Assembly (NCBI GenBank): GCA_048493715.1
Contig: JBGDCZ010000011.1
Location: forward strand, 343-64,342
Direction: 5' to 3'
Source: Arsenophonus endosymbiont of Dermacentor nuttalli
Lineage (GTDB): Bacteria; Pseudomonadota; Gammaproteobacteria; Enterobacterales; Enterobacteriaceae
DNA: 64,000 bases
Below, piece after piece: positions 1-11,196 of the stretch. The notes beneath the pieces were generated by a model. It had not been told where the DNA came from and made no database searches. It worked only from the letters and a program-made list of their open reading frames with translations. The translations under genes and the position numbers were made by a program. The first letter of the stretch is position 1. Every line of letters begins with the position of its first letter.

Positions 1-18
1 ACTATCCAACCGAGGCGC

Positions 19-582
19 TTGATAAGCCTTTATGCGACCTTAGTTTTATCTCTCGCATTATCCATGGATGCTTTTGCTGCCTCTATTTGTAAAGATACTA
101 CACTACTTAATTCTTCCTTACGAGAAACAATTAGAACTGGATTTATCTTTGGCATTATTGAAGCTATAACACCGATTGTTAGCTGGAGTTTAGAGTTATT
201 AGCCAGTCAATATGTCATAAAGTGGAACCATTGGATAGCTTTTAGCCTATTATTAATATTAGACGTCAGAATGATACATCAAAGTTATCAACACGCAAAA
301 AATAATAACAATTTATCTATTCATCACCACAATTCTTTAACTATTATTATTCCCGCCTTAGCAACCAGTCTGAATGCAATGGCTATTGGTGTTAGTTTAG
401 CCCTTTTGAAAATTAATATTATCCATACAACTATTACAATTGGACTAATGACCACAATTATGGCAACACTTGGTATATTATTAGGACGTTATATTGGCCC
501 ATTGTTAGGTAAAAAAGCCCATATGATTGACGGCATTATTCTAATTATTATTGGATTTAGTATAATTTATGAACATATTTAA
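19..582 (+). CDS. mntP: Putative manganese efflux pump MntP (YebN family)
   Basis: 187-aa hydrophobic ORF with the duplicated MntP motifs SMDAFAAS and ATSLNAMAIG, collinear with E. coli MntP from memory. The start is TTG at 19, next to the window edge, so the leader is not visible. Confidence 0.75.
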   Translation: MISLYATLVLSLALSMDAFAASICKDTTLLNSSLRETIRTGFIFGIIEAITPIVSWSLELLASQYVIKWNHWIAFSLLLILDVRMIHQSYQHAKNNNNLSIHHHNSLTIIIPALATSLNAMAIGVSLALLKINIIHTTITIGLMTTIMATLGILLGRYIGPLLGKKAHMIDGIILIIIGFSIIYEHI

Positions 583-930
583 CTTATCAAATGATAAGAC
601 CATTGCTATATTTTTAAATTTTTTGCTGTATGCTAAAATAACTAGAAATAAATAATAAACATTAATAATTTTTATCATTACTAACAAAATTATTAACTGT
701 AAATCTTCTAGCAAATAGTATGTATTAACAAAATAATAATCTATTTAATTGATTTCATGATTTCTAAATAAAACACTATATATTATAGATTAATGATAAT
801 ATTTATAATCAATTACAAATGGCATTTTTTGCCTATTTATAAATATCAAAAATCATAAAATAGAACTTATAAAATATATGAATGATTCTTTACTGTTAGG
901 CTATTTACCCACATATTGTAGAAGGTGAAC

Positions 931-1287
931 ATGTCGGAAAATGTAATCAATGATATTGTTAGTTGGTTAGAAAGCCAATTACAACGAAATGAAGGCATTA
1001 AGATTGATACCATTGCAAATAAAAGTGGTTATTCTAAATGGCATTTACAACGGATCTTTAAACAATTAAAAGGTTGCACACTAGGTGAATATGTTCGTAA
1101 ACGTCGATTACTTGAAGCGGCTAGGTTATTACGGGAAGATAAATTTTCTATTCTAGATATAGCTCTACAATACGGCTTTAGTTCTCAAGCAACATTTACC
1201 CGCACTTTTAAAAAACATTTTAATACTACACCGGCCAAATTTCGCCAAAATGGGCAATTACCCGATTTTAATCAGTTTATGGACTAA
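931..1287 (+). CDS. Small AraC-family activator of the MarA/SoxS/Rob type
   Basis: 118 aa from ATG 931 (ORF open from GTG 925), with GAAGG Shine-Dalgarno 5 nt upstream. Two HTH motifs (SGYSKWHLQRIFK and LQYGFSSQATFTRTFKKHF) are typical of MarA/SoxS. There is no ligand domain. Confidence 0.75.
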   Translation: MSENVINDIVSWLESQLQRNEGIKIDTIANKSGYSKWHLQRIFKQLKGCTLGEYVRKRRLLEAARLLREDKFSILDIALQYGFSSQATFTRTFKKHFNTTPAKFRQNGQLPDFNQFMD

Positions 1288-1415
1288 CCTGTAATAACTA
1301 TTAACTTTAAATACCAAATCTATGTCAGTCTAAATACTGGCTTTGAAGGCGATAAAATTTTGATTGAATATTTATCTAGCACTTAACCAATGCTAATAAC
1401 TAAAAATTATTTAGT

Positions 1416-2421
1416 TCAGGCCATTTTATTAACTAACCAATTTTCTAATTGTGTAAGCTGCTCATGAAAATTTGGATATTGAACTATAATCTCAGCAATT
1501 ATCATCTTAATTGTGACTAGTTGATACTTTTCTCCAACCAACTTTTGACTAAACAGCTCCAATGGCGCAGGATCTAAACTATCCGTATAAATTTTGCCAG
1601 CCGAAATTTTGCCTTTATCAATATCAAAATAAAGTTCTACTCCTCCCCAAACAAATCGACTCTCTAGGATATGACTAAAAGCTAGCACGTGACCAAAATT
1701 CCATTCCCTGCTATATTTTAGCATAAATATCTATAAAACATGGAAAATATGGCAAGTTATTCGGTGAAATGATTTCTGGTTGCACCACTTCACCATAATA
1801 TTTTAAAAAATTACTGACTAATACCTTACAAACCCTTTTTCATGGGTAATATGCGCATCAATTTCTGCTAAATTCATTACCCTAGAACGTACTGATATAA
1901 TGCATTTGCTAATTAATTTTTTCGGATCCCGATTTAAATAACTCGCCAAACGGTTTAAATCTGTATTTATTAGCAGGGTGTCATGATGAAAACCTCGATC
2001 ATGAGTTTGAAAATATGCTGATCCGGAAATTTTACGCTCTCCTTGGGTTGAATGAATAACTAAGTCATTTCTACCAGAAACTTGTGTATTAACTCCAAGC
2101 TCTGCCAGTACTGCAATAATACTTTGTGTTGAAATGGTTTTATCATAAGCGGGTTTACCCGCCATAAAGGTAAAACAAGTGTTTCCCAGATCATGAAAAA
2201 CTGTACCATCTCCACTATGGCGGCGGGCTTAATTTAACACTATCTTGTGCCATTTTTCGGGGATTACACTCTTTCCATGGATTTTGCGCTCTACCGATAA
2301 CAACCGCGCCAAAGAAATATAACTCGCTGTTGAACTGACATTTCGCGAAAAATAGCCTCTTCAACCGTAAATTAAACCAAGCATCAAATGATTCAGAAAT
2401 AAAAAGACGTATTGAAGCCAT
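1416..2421 (-). pseudogene. lplA: Lipoate-protein ligase A, frameshifted into three ORF fragments
   Basis: The fragments 2421-2215, 2165-1818 and 1724-1416 align in order with E. coli LplA (MxxxRLxISxSxDxWFNL..RAQNPWKECN / GKPxYDKTIST..GFHHxTLL / EWNFG..FxWGGVE). A 1-nt insertion is visible at the VKL/ARRHSG junction. Confidence 0.85.
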
Positions 2422-2478
2422 AAAAATTGGGTTAACCTAAATTCATTTTACGCTAGCAAAGAGCAGAAATTATTATAA

Positions 2479-2961
2479 TTAAATACGACGCGCCTGCCAA
2501 AAAACCTTGCGCCAGTAAATATTATTAAGTGAAGAGCGAATAACCCCTTTACTTGTTGATGCATGAATAAAAGTATTATCTGTATCATAAATCCCAACAT
2601 GTAAACCATTTTCACCTGAACCAGTTTTAAAAAAAACCAAATCGCCTGGCATAAGATCTTTGATATCAATACGGGTACCATAAGTTGTTTGAGCTATGGT
2701 GGTACGCGGTAATTGAATCGCAAAACGGTCACTAAAAGTCCGATAAACAAATCCTGAACAATCAATACCACTTGCTTCTAAACCACCATAACGGTATGGC
2801 GTACCATGCCATTGTATTAGCTGTTCCTTAAGTTGAGCGATAGTCATAATAGGATCAGAAAGTTCGGTTTTTAACGGTGGGGCTGGTCGGTTTACTGTAG
2901 AGGAGCAACCTATTAAAATTAAGTAGAATAAAAAAAGCAGGTGTTTAATTCTTATTTGCAT
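2479..2961 (-). CDS. nlpC: NlpC/P60 lipoprotein endopeptidase
   Basis: 160 aa with lipobox LILIGC. The stretch WxGTPYRYGG..GIDCSGFV..GDLVFFKTGSGxNGLHVGIYDT is near-identical in layout to E. coli NlpC. Confidence 0.85.
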   Translation of the reverse strand: MQIRIKHLLFLFYLILIGCSSTVNRPAPPLKTELSDPIMTIAQLKEQLIQWHGTPYRYGGLEASGIDCSGFVYRTFSDRFAIQLPRTTIAQTTYGTRIDIKDLMPGDLVFFKTGSGENGLHVGIYDTDNTFIHASTSKGVIRSSLNNIYWRKVFWQARRI

Positions 2962-3112
2962 AAAGCACCTTAATCGCCTAACAGCAATAACAAAATGACT
3001 TTAATCTATAATTAATAAAATAACAAATGCTTATTAATGCGTAACTTTTACTTGTATTAACTAAACCTTATTTGTAACAAAATAACTATTATGCTCACGC
3101 TGTTTGATTTTA

Positions 3113-3502
3113 TTAACGTCTTACTTCAGGCTGAGAAATTAACCAAATACCGAACAAAATAAATACTACACCCACAAATTTAATCAAGGTCGCCGATTCA
3201 TTAAACCAAGGCAGAGTGACTGCTAATAAATAAACTAAAACATAACTTAAGCTAATCAGTGGATACACTTTACTTAATGCTAAAAACCTTAAAGCAAATA
3301 GCCAACAAACCATAGAAAAAAAGTAACCAATTAAACCGACCAAAATTAAGCCAAATGCTTGACCGTTTTCAAATAACCAATTAACATCTACCCATTGATC
3401 ACTCAATTTAAACTCAGGCAATATCATTACCCCCGCCTTTAAACAAAGCTGAGCTAAGGCGATCAATATTACACTTCCAATACCCCAAAAATAACCTTTC
3501 AT
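3113..3502 (-). CDS. arnF: Undecaprenyl-phosphate-Ara4N flippase subunit ArnF
   Basis: 129-aa four-TM protein at the last position of the arn operon. ATG at 3502 overlaps the arnE stop (ATGA). The ORF-track start at 3550 is probably too long. Confidence 0.8.
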   Translation of the reverse strand: MKGYFWGIGSVILIALAQLCLKAGVMILPEFKLSDQWVDVNWLFENGQAFGLILVGLIGYFFSMVCWLFALRFLALSKVYPLISLSYVLVYLLAVTLPWFNESATLIKFVGVVFILFGIWLISQPEVRR

Positions 3503-3837
3503 ATATTTAATAAAATAATACCAAACACGATGATAAATACGCCTAGCCAATGTTTCATACTTATCTTTTCTTGATAGATAAAATATCCAATTAGGGTAAC
3601 AATAACGAAGTTAATACTTAACATCGGATAAGCAATACTAAGCGGTAAAAGTTGTAATAATTTAAGCCAAAATAGCATCGCTAGCGCAAGCAGAATAATC
3701 GCAAAAATAAGCCATTTAATGGCTAAACTATTCTTTTGAGGCAAACCACTTTGCCAATAGATAACTACTTGCTTTTGACAAACCTGTCCAAAGCAAGTTA
3801 ACAGGCTTACAAATATTAATAATAAAAAATGTGTCAT
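3499..3837 (-). CDS. arnE: Undecaprenyl-phosphate-Ara4N flippase subunit ArnE
   Basis: 112-aa SMR-like membrane protein. Its start overlaps the arnT stop (ATGA) and its position matches the arn operon order. Confidence 0.8.
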   Translation of the reverse strand: MTHFLLLIFVSLLTCFGQVCQKQVVIYWQSGLPQKNSLAIKWLIFAIILLALAMLFWLKLLQLLPLSIAYPMLSINFVIVTLIGYFIYQEKISMKHWLGVFIIVFGIILLNI

Positions 3838-5501
3838 GGTTGCTGATAATAAGTCATTATTGCCATTCGGGTATTGCGAATGACATCATTAGGCTTAGGA
3901 ATACCTTCAGGAAGGCCCTCATTTCTACGTAATAAAAGTACCACTGAAATTTGTCCCTCTTTACGCGCATGGCTAAGCCATTTAGTAAAATTCTGTTGTT
4001 TGATTAAACGAAATTGGCTATCAGGATAAGCCAAACCATATCTTAGCTCACCTGATCTTTCATATAAATAAATATTACCTCGCTTTAACTCCCACGCCAA
4101 ACCTGCAGCTAGCCCAACATTGTCTGCTAGTACAAATTTACTTTTTGCCAGTAAGGATATATTTTGTCGAATTAAGTGCTGCGGTAATTTAGAATCTATG
4201 GTGTCTTGCGGCAGTATATTACTTATTGATAAACTTAAGGCTAAAGAACATACTGCCCCCCACAACCAATATCTAGCATTGGATACTAGACTAAAATAAC
4301 CAATAATTACCCAAATAGAAAAAACAGTTATACCTAAGGCTAGCTTGGGCCATTCTGTTGGTGTATACAGAGGATGCTCAACAAATAATTCCATCACAAC
4401 CAATGCAATAATCGCTAATATACCAAAAGCAACATTGGTAAATCCGTTAAATTTAAGCGGTGCTAAATTATTATTTTTAATACAATCAATCGCGTATTTC
4501 CCCTTCATTAATGCAAGTGGTGCCATCACTGGCAACATATAAGTCAGAAGCTTACCTTTAGCAATACTAAAAAATAGCAAAGGTACAACAAACCAACAAA
4601 GTAGAAAAAACATCTCCGGGTTAATTTTTCGTTGCTGCCAGCTCTTAAATAATGTGCCAGGTAAAAGTCCTAGCCATGGTATAACACCAACTAAAATGAT
4701 CGGAATATAAAACCAAAAAGGCGCTTTATGTTGAGCATCTTCGGATGAAAAACGCTGAATATGTTCTACCCAGAAAAAATAATGCCAATAATCGGGTTCA
4801 TATTTATTGATAGCTAATGCCCAGGGAAGGCTTATTAATGCCGCACTAGCTATCGCTATCCCACCAAATTTAAGCATCTCAATAAAACGTTTTTGATAAA
4901 GCATGATGGGTAGCATGACGATAACCGGAATAGCTAAAGCTAAAAAACCTTTGGTCATAAAGGCCATACCACAGGTAAGCCCCATAACTGCCCAGGCAAG
5001 TAACTTTGCCGACAGGCTTGACGCTTTTAATAACCAAAAACAGCATAGCATACAAGCAGTAAGCCACATTGTTAACATAGGATCGAGTACGCTATAAGTG
5101 CCAACAGCAAATACCAAAAACATCGAAACATACATTAAGGTAGCAACAAGCGCGACATTTCGATTACACCACATTATCATTGCCAGCCAATAGATTAACC
5201 CAGCACTGATCATAGTTGAAAACACAGCGTCAAAACGGACAGCAAAATTAGTATCACCAAATATCATTTGACTGATATTATTTATCCAATATCCGGCCAC
5301 TGGCTTTTCAAAATAGCGAATATTAAGCAAATAAGGGACAATCCAATCGCCTCTTTGCAACATTTCTCGACTAATTTCTGCGTAACGCGTTTCATCCGGC
5401 TGCCACAGTAATCGACCATTCAACGGTACTAAATAAGTAAAAATAAAAAAAAGTGCCAATAAAAAAGCACCTGTTTTCTGTAACTGTTTAGTTAACATCA
5501 A
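3834..5501 (-). CDS. arnT: 4-amino-4-deoxy-L-arabinose lipid A transferase ArnT
   Basis: 555-aa polytopic protein with LWQPDETRYAEISREML..YFEKPxAGYW..HYFFWVEHIQRF, as in E. coli ArnT. Confidence 0.9.
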   Translation of the reverse strand: MMLTKQLQKTGAFLLALFFIFTYLVPLNGRLLWQPDETRYAEISREMLQRGDWIVPYLLNIRYFEKPVAGYWINNISQMIFGDTNFAVRFDAVFSTMISAGLIYWLAMIMWCNRNVALVATLMYVSMFLVFAVGTYSVLDPMLTMWLTACMLCCFWLLKASSLSAKLLAWAVMGLTCGMAFMTKGFLALAIPVIVMLPIMLYQKRFIEMLKFGGIAIASAALISLPWALAINKYEPDYWHYFFWVEHIQRFSSEDAQHKAPFWFYIPIILVGVIPWLGLLPGTLFKSWQQRKINPEMFFLLCWFVVPLLFFSIAKGKLLTYMLPVMAPLALMKGKYAIDCIKNNNLAPLKFNGFTNVAFGILAIIALVVMELFVEHPLYTPTEWPKLALGITVFSIWVIIGYFSLVSNARYWLWGAVCSLALSLSISNILPQDTIDSKLPQHLIRQNISLLAKSKFVLADNVGLAAGLAWELKRGNIYLYERSGELRYGLAYPDSQFRLIKQQNFTKWLSHARKEGQISVVLLLRRNEGLPEGIPKPNDVIRNTRMAIMTYYQQP

Positions 5502-5504
5502 ACA

Positions 5505-6398
5505 CTATACCTCGCGTTGACACCCTAACCAACCTTCACGTCCTGGAAAAGATGAACGAACAATTTTTCCTTTTGGTAAAGAATCTATATCATCTGGTAT
5601 TAATTCACGCAAGGTACAAAATACCATTTTTTCCGCAACCGTTTTTTCTAATAAGCAGTCAAATTTTGTCGATTTAGACATTCCTTCTACTTCCGCATGA
5701 ATGGTATAAACAGAAGTTCCTGTATCTTCCCGCATCGCTTTAATAATAAAATTATTAAAATTTTCATCTTTAACTAAACTACCAACCACTTCATCATAAG
5801 TCGGTAGTGTCACTGGAATTTGAACGGTACCAATTGAACCATCAGCTAAAATAGGACGAAATGGATGTGTACCTCGACAATCACTATTGTAGTCAAATTT
5901 AAAATTTTCTTTGGCCGTTAATACCCGTTCATCGGCTCGCCAACCAGCCGCTGCTGAACATTTTACTGTAGCGCTCGTTACTGCCTCTAGCCCATCCACA
6001 CCTAATTTAATTTGTTCAACCAATTTAGTTCTAGGCCATCTAGCTACATTAGCTTGCCAGCCTTGATGATCCCACGCATGTAGCCCTACTTCATGACCTT
6101 CATCCATCGTTTGTTTCATTAAGTAGCCTAAATCATTGGCAATTTTTTTACCTGACCAAGCCGTACCAGCCAATAAAATGTTCCAACCATAAAGTGATGT
6201 TGCATTCGATCTTAACATTTTCCATAAAAATTTAGGTCGAAACAGGCGCCATAAATGGCGCCCCATATTATCTGGACCCACACTGAAGAAAAAACTGGCT
6301 CGAATTTGATATTTAGCGAGCACTCTAAGTAACTGTGGCACACCTTCTTTTGTACCTTGATAAGTATCGACATCAATTCTTAAGCCAATTTTCTTCAT
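5505..6398 (-). CDS. arnD: Ara4FN-undecaprenyl phosphate deformylase ArnD
   Basis: 297-aa polysaccharide-deacetylase-like protein in the operon position between arnA and arnT. Confidence 0.9.
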   Translation of the reverse strand: MKKIGLRIDVDTYQGTKEGVPQLLRVLAKYQIRASFFFSVGPDNMGRHLWRLFRPKFLWKMLRSNATSLYGWNILLAGTAWSGKKIANDLGYLMKQTMDEGHEVGLHAWDHQGWQANVARWPRTKLVEQIKLGVDGLEAVTSATVKCSAAAGWRADERVLTAKENFKFDYNSDCRGTHPFRPILADGSIGTVQIPVTLPTYDEVVGSLVKDENFNNFIIKAMREDTGTSVYTIHAEVEGMSKSTKFDCLLEKTVAEKMVFCTLRELIPDDIDSLPKGKIVRSSFPGREGWLGCQREV

Positions 6399-8398
6399 TA
6401 TTTTTTACCTAACTCTTCCGCAGCCGCGTGCAAAAAGAAATCTAAAGTTTCATCAATAGTTTGCTTCATATCAATAGTTGGTTGCCAATCGAGTAAGCGA
6501 CGCGCATTTTCAATGCTCGGTCTACGATGCTCAACATCTTGGTATCCCTTACCATAATAGCTACTACTTTCAATTTTTTTGAGGCCAGCGAACGGAGGAA
6601 AGAGTTTACGTAACGGATGTTTTTCAAAACTATCAAGTAGCATATCAGCTAATTGAGCAATGCTTGCCTCATTGGTCGGATTACCAATATTGATAATTTG
6701 CCCATCACATTTTTTATCTTTATTTTCAATAATGCGGAATAATGCTTCAATACCATCTTTAATATCAGTGAAGCAACGCTTTTGAGAGCCTCCATCAACT
6801 AATTTTATTGGTGAACCTTCAACCAAATTTAAAATTAATTGAGTTATCGCTCGCGAGCTACCGATACGAGCTGAATGCAAACTATCAAGACGTGGCCCCA
6901 TCCAATTAAAAGGCCTGAATAGAGTAAATTCCAGCCCCTCTTTGACACCATAAGCCCAGATAACGCGATCTAATAGCTGTTTAGAAACAGAATAAATCCA
7001 ACGCTGTTTGTTAATTGGACCAACAATTAAACGAGAGGTATCTTCATCAAACTGTTTATCATCACACATCCCATAAACTTCAGAAGTTGATGGGAAAATA
7101 ATACGTTTATTATATTTTACACAATAACGAACTATTTTTAAGTTTTCTTCAAAATCCAGTTCAAAAACTCTTAATGGATTGCGGGTATATTCAATAGGTG
7201 TTGCAATGGCAACGAGCGGCAAAATGATGTCGCATTTTTTAATATGATATTCAATCCATTCAGTATGAATACTGATATCACCTTCAACAAAATGGAAACG
7301 TTGATCATCACCAAAACGGGAATCATTAATAAAGCATGAGACAGCAGAAGAACTAATATCCAAACCATAAATATCATAGTGGCCATCAGCTAACAAACGT
7401 TCAGTTAAATGGTTACCAATAAAACCGTTTACACCTAAAATCAAGATACGTTTACGGCGTTTTATCTGGGCCATTGGTTTAGCTCCAACCCGCACACCGG
7501 TTACAATTCCCATTTCAGTCGCCAAACGCGATCCTTCGATATATAATCCAGAACCACACTGACCGGTTAGTACCTCAAGTACACCTTGACCACAAGCGAT
7601 TTGCAACGGATCGCTAGAAATGACTGTACCGGGTAAATTATCATGCGATTTTTCCAACACGCACGCACGCCAGATAATCATTTTGCTCTCAGCTAAATAG
7701 GTAAAGGCACCCGGATATGGCTCTGTTACTGCACGAATTAGATTATTCACTTCGGTAGCTGATTTAGACCAATCAATCAAACCATCTTCAGCCCGACGAC
7801 GACCAAAATAAGTTGCTTGACTCTCATCTTGTGGTGTTGCTGAATAATCACTCATTTTAATTAATGGTAATGTATCATCCAAAAGTTGTTCAGCAGCCTG
7901 ACGAATTTTCTCATGTAACATCAATGCAGTATCTATTGCATCAATCGACACTTTCCGCTGTGCGATAATATCACCGCCATCCGCTTTGGCTATCATCTTA
8001 TGTAACGTAACACCAGTCTCTGTTTCACCATTCAAAATAGCCCAATTAATCGGCACTCGACCACGATATTTAGGCAGTAAAGAACCATGTAGGTTGAAAG
8101 CACCTTTAAGGGCTAAAGCCAATAATTGTTTGCTAAGCATGTGGCGATAGTAAAAAGAGAAAATAACATCAGGTTGCATTTCCTGAATACGCTCAATCCA
8201 AAGCGAATGATTAACATTCTCTGGCGCAAATACAGGCAGCCCCATCTCTGCCCCCAAGCGAGCAACTGAAGAAAAGAAATGATTCTCTTTTTGATCATCT
8301 GTATGTGTAAAAACAGCCTGAATTTCAAAGCCCGCCTTCTGTAACGCCTTTAATCCCACACAACCAATATCATGGTAAGCAAAAACAATAGCTTTCAT
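6398..8398 (-). CDS. arnA: Bifunctional UDP-GlcA decarboxylase / UDP-Ara4N formyltransferase ArnA
   Basis: 666 aa with an N-terminal formyltransferase domain ([23 protein letters not shown]) and a C-terminal SDR domain ([15 protein letters not shown]). Confidence 0.95.
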   Translation of the reverse strand: MKAIVFAYHDIGCVGLKALQKAGFEIQAVFTHTDDQKENHFFSSVARLGAEMGLPVFAPENVNHSLWIERIQEMQPDVIFSFYYRHMLSKQLLALALKGAFNLHGSLLPKYRGRVPINWAILNGETETGVTLHKMIAKADGGDIIAQRKVSIDAIDTALMLHEKIRQAAEQLLDDTLPLIKMSDYSATPQDESQATYFGRRRAEDGLIDWSKSATEVNNLIRAVTEPYPGAFTYLAESKMIIWRACVLEKSHDNLPGTVISSDPLQIACGQGVLEVLTGQCGSGLYIEGSRLATEMGIVTGVRVGAKPMAQIKRRKRILILGVNGFIGNHLTERLLADGHYDIYGLDISSSAVSCFINDSRFGDDQRFHFVEGDISIHTEWIEYHIKKCDIILPLVAIATPIEYTRNPLRVFELDFEENLKIVRYCVKYNKRIIFPSTSEVYGMCDDKQFDEDTSRLIVGPINKQRWIYSVSKQLLDRVIWAYGVKEGLEFTLFRPFNWMGPRLDSLHSARIGSSRAITQLILNLVEGSPIKLVDGGSQKRCFTDIKDGIEALFRIIENKDKKCDGQIINIGNPTNEASIAQLADMLLDSFEKHPLRKLFPPFAGLKKIESSSYYGKGYQDVEHRRPSIENARRLLDWQPTIDMKQTIDETLDFFLHAAAEELGKK

Positions 8399-9390
8399 TA
8401 TTTTTTTCCCTGATTTTCGTCAGCATTTTGATCAATACCAACTATCTTTTGAATGAAGTAACGGGGTCGGGCACGAACATCATTATACATTCTGCCGATA
8501 TATTCACCGAGTAGTCCCATGGCAATAAACTGCGCACCAATAAAAATGAACAGAATGGCAAACAGAGTAAAAACACCCTCTGCGGCCCACATTGCACCAA
8601 AAATAAGACGTAAAATAATTAATACAACCGCCAATAAAAACCCACTTGTCGCAATAAAACTACCGATGACACTAAGCAAACGTAACGGGGTAGTGGTTAA
8701 ACACGTTAGCAAATCAAACATCAAATTTATTAGCTTCATAAAGCTATATTTGGAATCACCAAACTCACGCTCCGCATGAGCAACATCTATTTCGATCGTT
8801 CTTCTAGCGAAAGTATTGGCTAAAATGGGAATAAATGTACTACGTTCATGACACTGTAGCATAGCATTAATAATATTACGGCGATAAGCACGCAACATAC
8901 AGCCATAATCGCCCATTGTCCGTCCGGTTGCTTTGGTGATCATAGCATTAATAATTTTTGATGCCGTTTTACGAAACCAAGAATCTTGCCGATTCATTCG
9001 TCTGGTGCCAACTACATCATAGTCCTCTTCAGCAACCTGCACTAGATATGGAATTTCTTCAGGTGGATTTTGCAAATCAGCATCTAAAGTAATTACAAGA
9101 TCACCTTGTGCATGTTTAAAACCAGCCATAATAGCAGAATGTTGGCCATAATTACGATTTAAGATCACCGCAATAACATGATTTGCTGGATTTTCAGCAG
9201 CATCTATCATCAATTTAGCTGAATTATCAGTGCTGCCATCATCAACTAAAATTAATTCATATGGCTGTTTCAATCTCTGACAAGCAGCCAAGGTTCTTTC
9301 CAATAATTGGGGTAAACTTTGCTCTTCGTTATAAGTAGGGATAACAATAGAAACTTTTTTTATTTCTTCAAAATCATTTTGAAAAGACAC
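8398..9390 (-). CDS. arnC: Undecaprenyl-phosphate Ara4FN transferase ArnC
   Basis: 330-aa GT2 protein ([28 protein letters not shown]) with C-terminal TM helices. There is a 1-nt stop/start overlap on both sides. Confidence 0.9.
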   Translation of the reverse strand: MSFQNDFEEIKKVSIVIPTYNEEQSLPQLLERTLAACQRLKQPYELILVDDGSTDNSAKLMIDAAENPANHVIAVILNRNYGQHSAIMAGFKHAQGDLVITLDADLQNPPEEIPYLVQVAEEDYDVVGTRRMNRQDSWFRKTASKIINAMITKATGRTMGDYGCMLRAYRRNIINAMLQCHERSTFIPILANTFARRTIEIDVAHAEREFGDSKYSFMKLINLMFDLLTCLTTTPLRLLSVIGSFIATSGFLLAVVLIILRLIFGAMWAAEGVFTLFAILFIFIGAQFIAMGLLGEYIGRMYNDVRARPRYFIQKIVGIDQNADENQGKK

Positions 9391-10535
9391 TATTTCAGCT
9401 CCGAAAAAATTTCATTAATAACAGTAACAACGCGATCAACATCTTGAGCAAGCATGTCAGGGAATAGTGGCAATGAACATAAGGTAGCCGAATTCCATTC
9501 AGAATTAGGCAGAGAAAGCGATGGATAACGTTCTCTATAATATTTTTGTGTATGAGCAGCACGAAAATGCAAACCTGTGCCAATATTCTTTTCTTTTAAG
9601 CGTTCCATAAAGTTATCACGGCTAATACCACGGACTGCTTCATCAACCCGTACCATAAACAGATGGTTAGCATGCAAATGGAGATAAACAGGCATAGTCA
9701 ACATTTTCAACGGTAGGTTGGCAAGCGCTTCTCGATAATAGGCAACAAGCTCAGCACGACGTTTATTTAGCTGTTCTAATTTTTTTAATTGAACAACTGC
9801 AATTGCAGCATGGATGTCAGAAAGATTATACTTAAATCCGGGTTCAATAACCTCTGCCTGTGGTTTACGACCTTGTATTTGTTGATCAAAAGCATCCACA
9901 GCTAAACCATGAAATTTTAAACATCGCAGGCGAGTAGCCAAAGCATCATCATCGGTAGCAACTAAACCACCTTCAGCACAAGTGATATTTTTAATAGCAT
10001 GAAACGAAAAAATAGCGGTGCCCTGTTGGCCAATCCATTCATTTTGATACTGAGTACCTACCGCATGGGCAGCATCTTCGATTAATGTAATATTGTTTCT
10101 TTGGGCAATCTGATGTAACGCCTTAAGATCGCATGGCGCTCCTGCATAATGCACAGGAATAATCGCTTTAGTCTTAGTAGTAATTGCCTTCTCAACCACG
10201 TCAGGCTGAATCATTAAAGTGTCACGATCAACATCAATCATGACTGAATTTGCCCCTAACAAGGTAATCATATTAATAGTTGAAACCCATGTTAGTGAAG
10301 GTGTAATAACTTCATCGCCAGGACCAATTCCCAAGGCCATAAGCGTTATATGCATACCTGCAGTTGCCGCACAAAAAGCTATTGCATGCTGACAACCAAA
10401 CTTATGGCAAAAATCTTCTTCAAGTTGATGACTTTGTGGACCGGTGGTGATCCAACCAGAACGCAATACATTTTCTACCGCCAGAATTTCTTCATCAGCT
10501 ATTGCTGGACGAGAAAAAGGAAGAAAATTATTCAT
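9390..10535 (-). CDS. arnB: UDP-Ara4O aminotransferase ArnB
   Basis: 381-aa DegT/DnrJ/EryC1-type aminotransferase (FLPFSRPx[15 protein letters not shown]) and the first gene of the arn operon. Confidence 0.9.
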   Translation of the reverse strand: MNNFLPFSRPAIADEEILAVENVLRSGWITTGPQSHQLEEDFCHKFGCQHAIAFCAATAGMHITLMALGIGPGDEVITPSLTWVSTINMITLLGANSVMIDVDRDTLMIQPDVVEKAITTKTKAIIPVHYAGAPCDLKALHQIAQRNNITLIEDAAHAVGTQYQNEWIGQQGTAIFSFHAIKNITCAEGGLVATDDDALATRLRCLKFHGLAVDAFDQQIQGRKPQAEVIEPGFKYNLSDIHAAIAVVQLKKLEQLNKRRAELVAYYREALANLPLKMLTMPVYLHLHANHLFMVRVDEAVRGISRDNFMERLKEKNIGTGLHFRAAHTQKYYRERYPSLSLPNSEWNSATLCSLPLFPDMLAQDVDRVVTVINEIFSELK

Positions 10536-10854
10536 AAGATTAACCTACTAGCAATTCATCTAATATTTTTTATAGTTAATTGTTTATGATATCATAAAAT
10601 AACTTAACTACATATCAACATGATAATAACTTGCCAATATAACTAGTTAGGATTTCATGTTAGTTAAGCAAATCAGAAAAATAAATAAAATTCCTAATAA
10701 TTCTTATCAAGAAGAAAGTTTTCTAATAATAAGTAATTTTAAAGTTATTATTAGCTCAATTTTTGTTAAAAAATAATTTTGATTGATAAAAACCAAAATA
10801 GCTAACTCACTAACCATATCCTTATTTTTAAAATTATATTGGCATAATTGAGTA

Positions 10855-10882
10855 ATAAAAAAGCCGCTTCAGCGGCTTTTTA
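10855..10882 (-). terminator. Rho-independent terminator after ihfA
   Basis: GC stem AAGCCGC-TTCA-GCGGCTT flanked by an A-run and a T-run, 14 nt downstream of the ihfA stop. Confidence 0.8.
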
Positions 10883-10895
10883 AAATAATAATTCA

Positions 10896-11192
10896 TTATT
10901 TATGAGGTTTTACCTTTTCAACCCGGCCTTTCAACTTTTGCCCTGGTCGAAAAGTCACTACTCGACGAGCAGTGATGGGAATATCTTCACCAGTCTTTGG
11001 ATTTCGACCTGGACGTTGACTTTTATCACGCAGATCAAAATTACCAAACCCTGACAGTTTCACCTGCTCCCCATTTTCTAATGAACGACGAACTTCTTCA
11101 AAGAAGAGCTCAACTAGGTCTTTCGCATCACGTTTGCTTATACCTAGTTTTTCGAACAGACTTTCTGACATTTCAGCTTTTGTAAGCGCCAT
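10896..11192 (-). CDS. ihfA: Integration host factor alpha
   Basis: 98 aa starting [10 protein letters not shown]..[26 protein letters not shown], near-identical to E. coli IhfA. Confidence 0.95.
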   Translation of the reverse strand: MALTKAEMSESLFEKLGISKRDAKDLVELFFEEVRRSLENGEQVKLSGFGNFDLRDKSQRPGRNPKTGEDIPITARRVVTFRPGQKLKGRVEKVKPHK

Positions 11193-11196
11193 AGGT

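Noticed and set aside
4345-5097. Plus-strand ORFs inside arnT, and many similar track entries such as 7171-7386, 8113-8328, 8519-8779, 9395-9583, 10350-10589, 10997-11185, 11390-11590, 12557-12787, 13585-13887, 14096-14395, 17110-17703, 21348-21587, 26659-26961, 47442-47738, 48261-48533, 49061-49288, 50662-51198, 52021-52269, 52673-52861, 53729-54034, 57467-57893, 58293-58478, 59323-59559 and 60032-60343
   Set aside because: They overlap, in antisense or in alternative frames, long ORFs with clear homology. They show low-complexity or biased composition and no start signals, so they are shadow ORFs.
10536-10895. Search for a PmrA box (YTTAAK-N5-YTTAAK) or PhoP box upstream of arnB
   Set aside because: Only single half-site-like hexamers (CTTAAC) were seen, without a properly spaced partner. 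These are indistinguishable from the AT-rich background.
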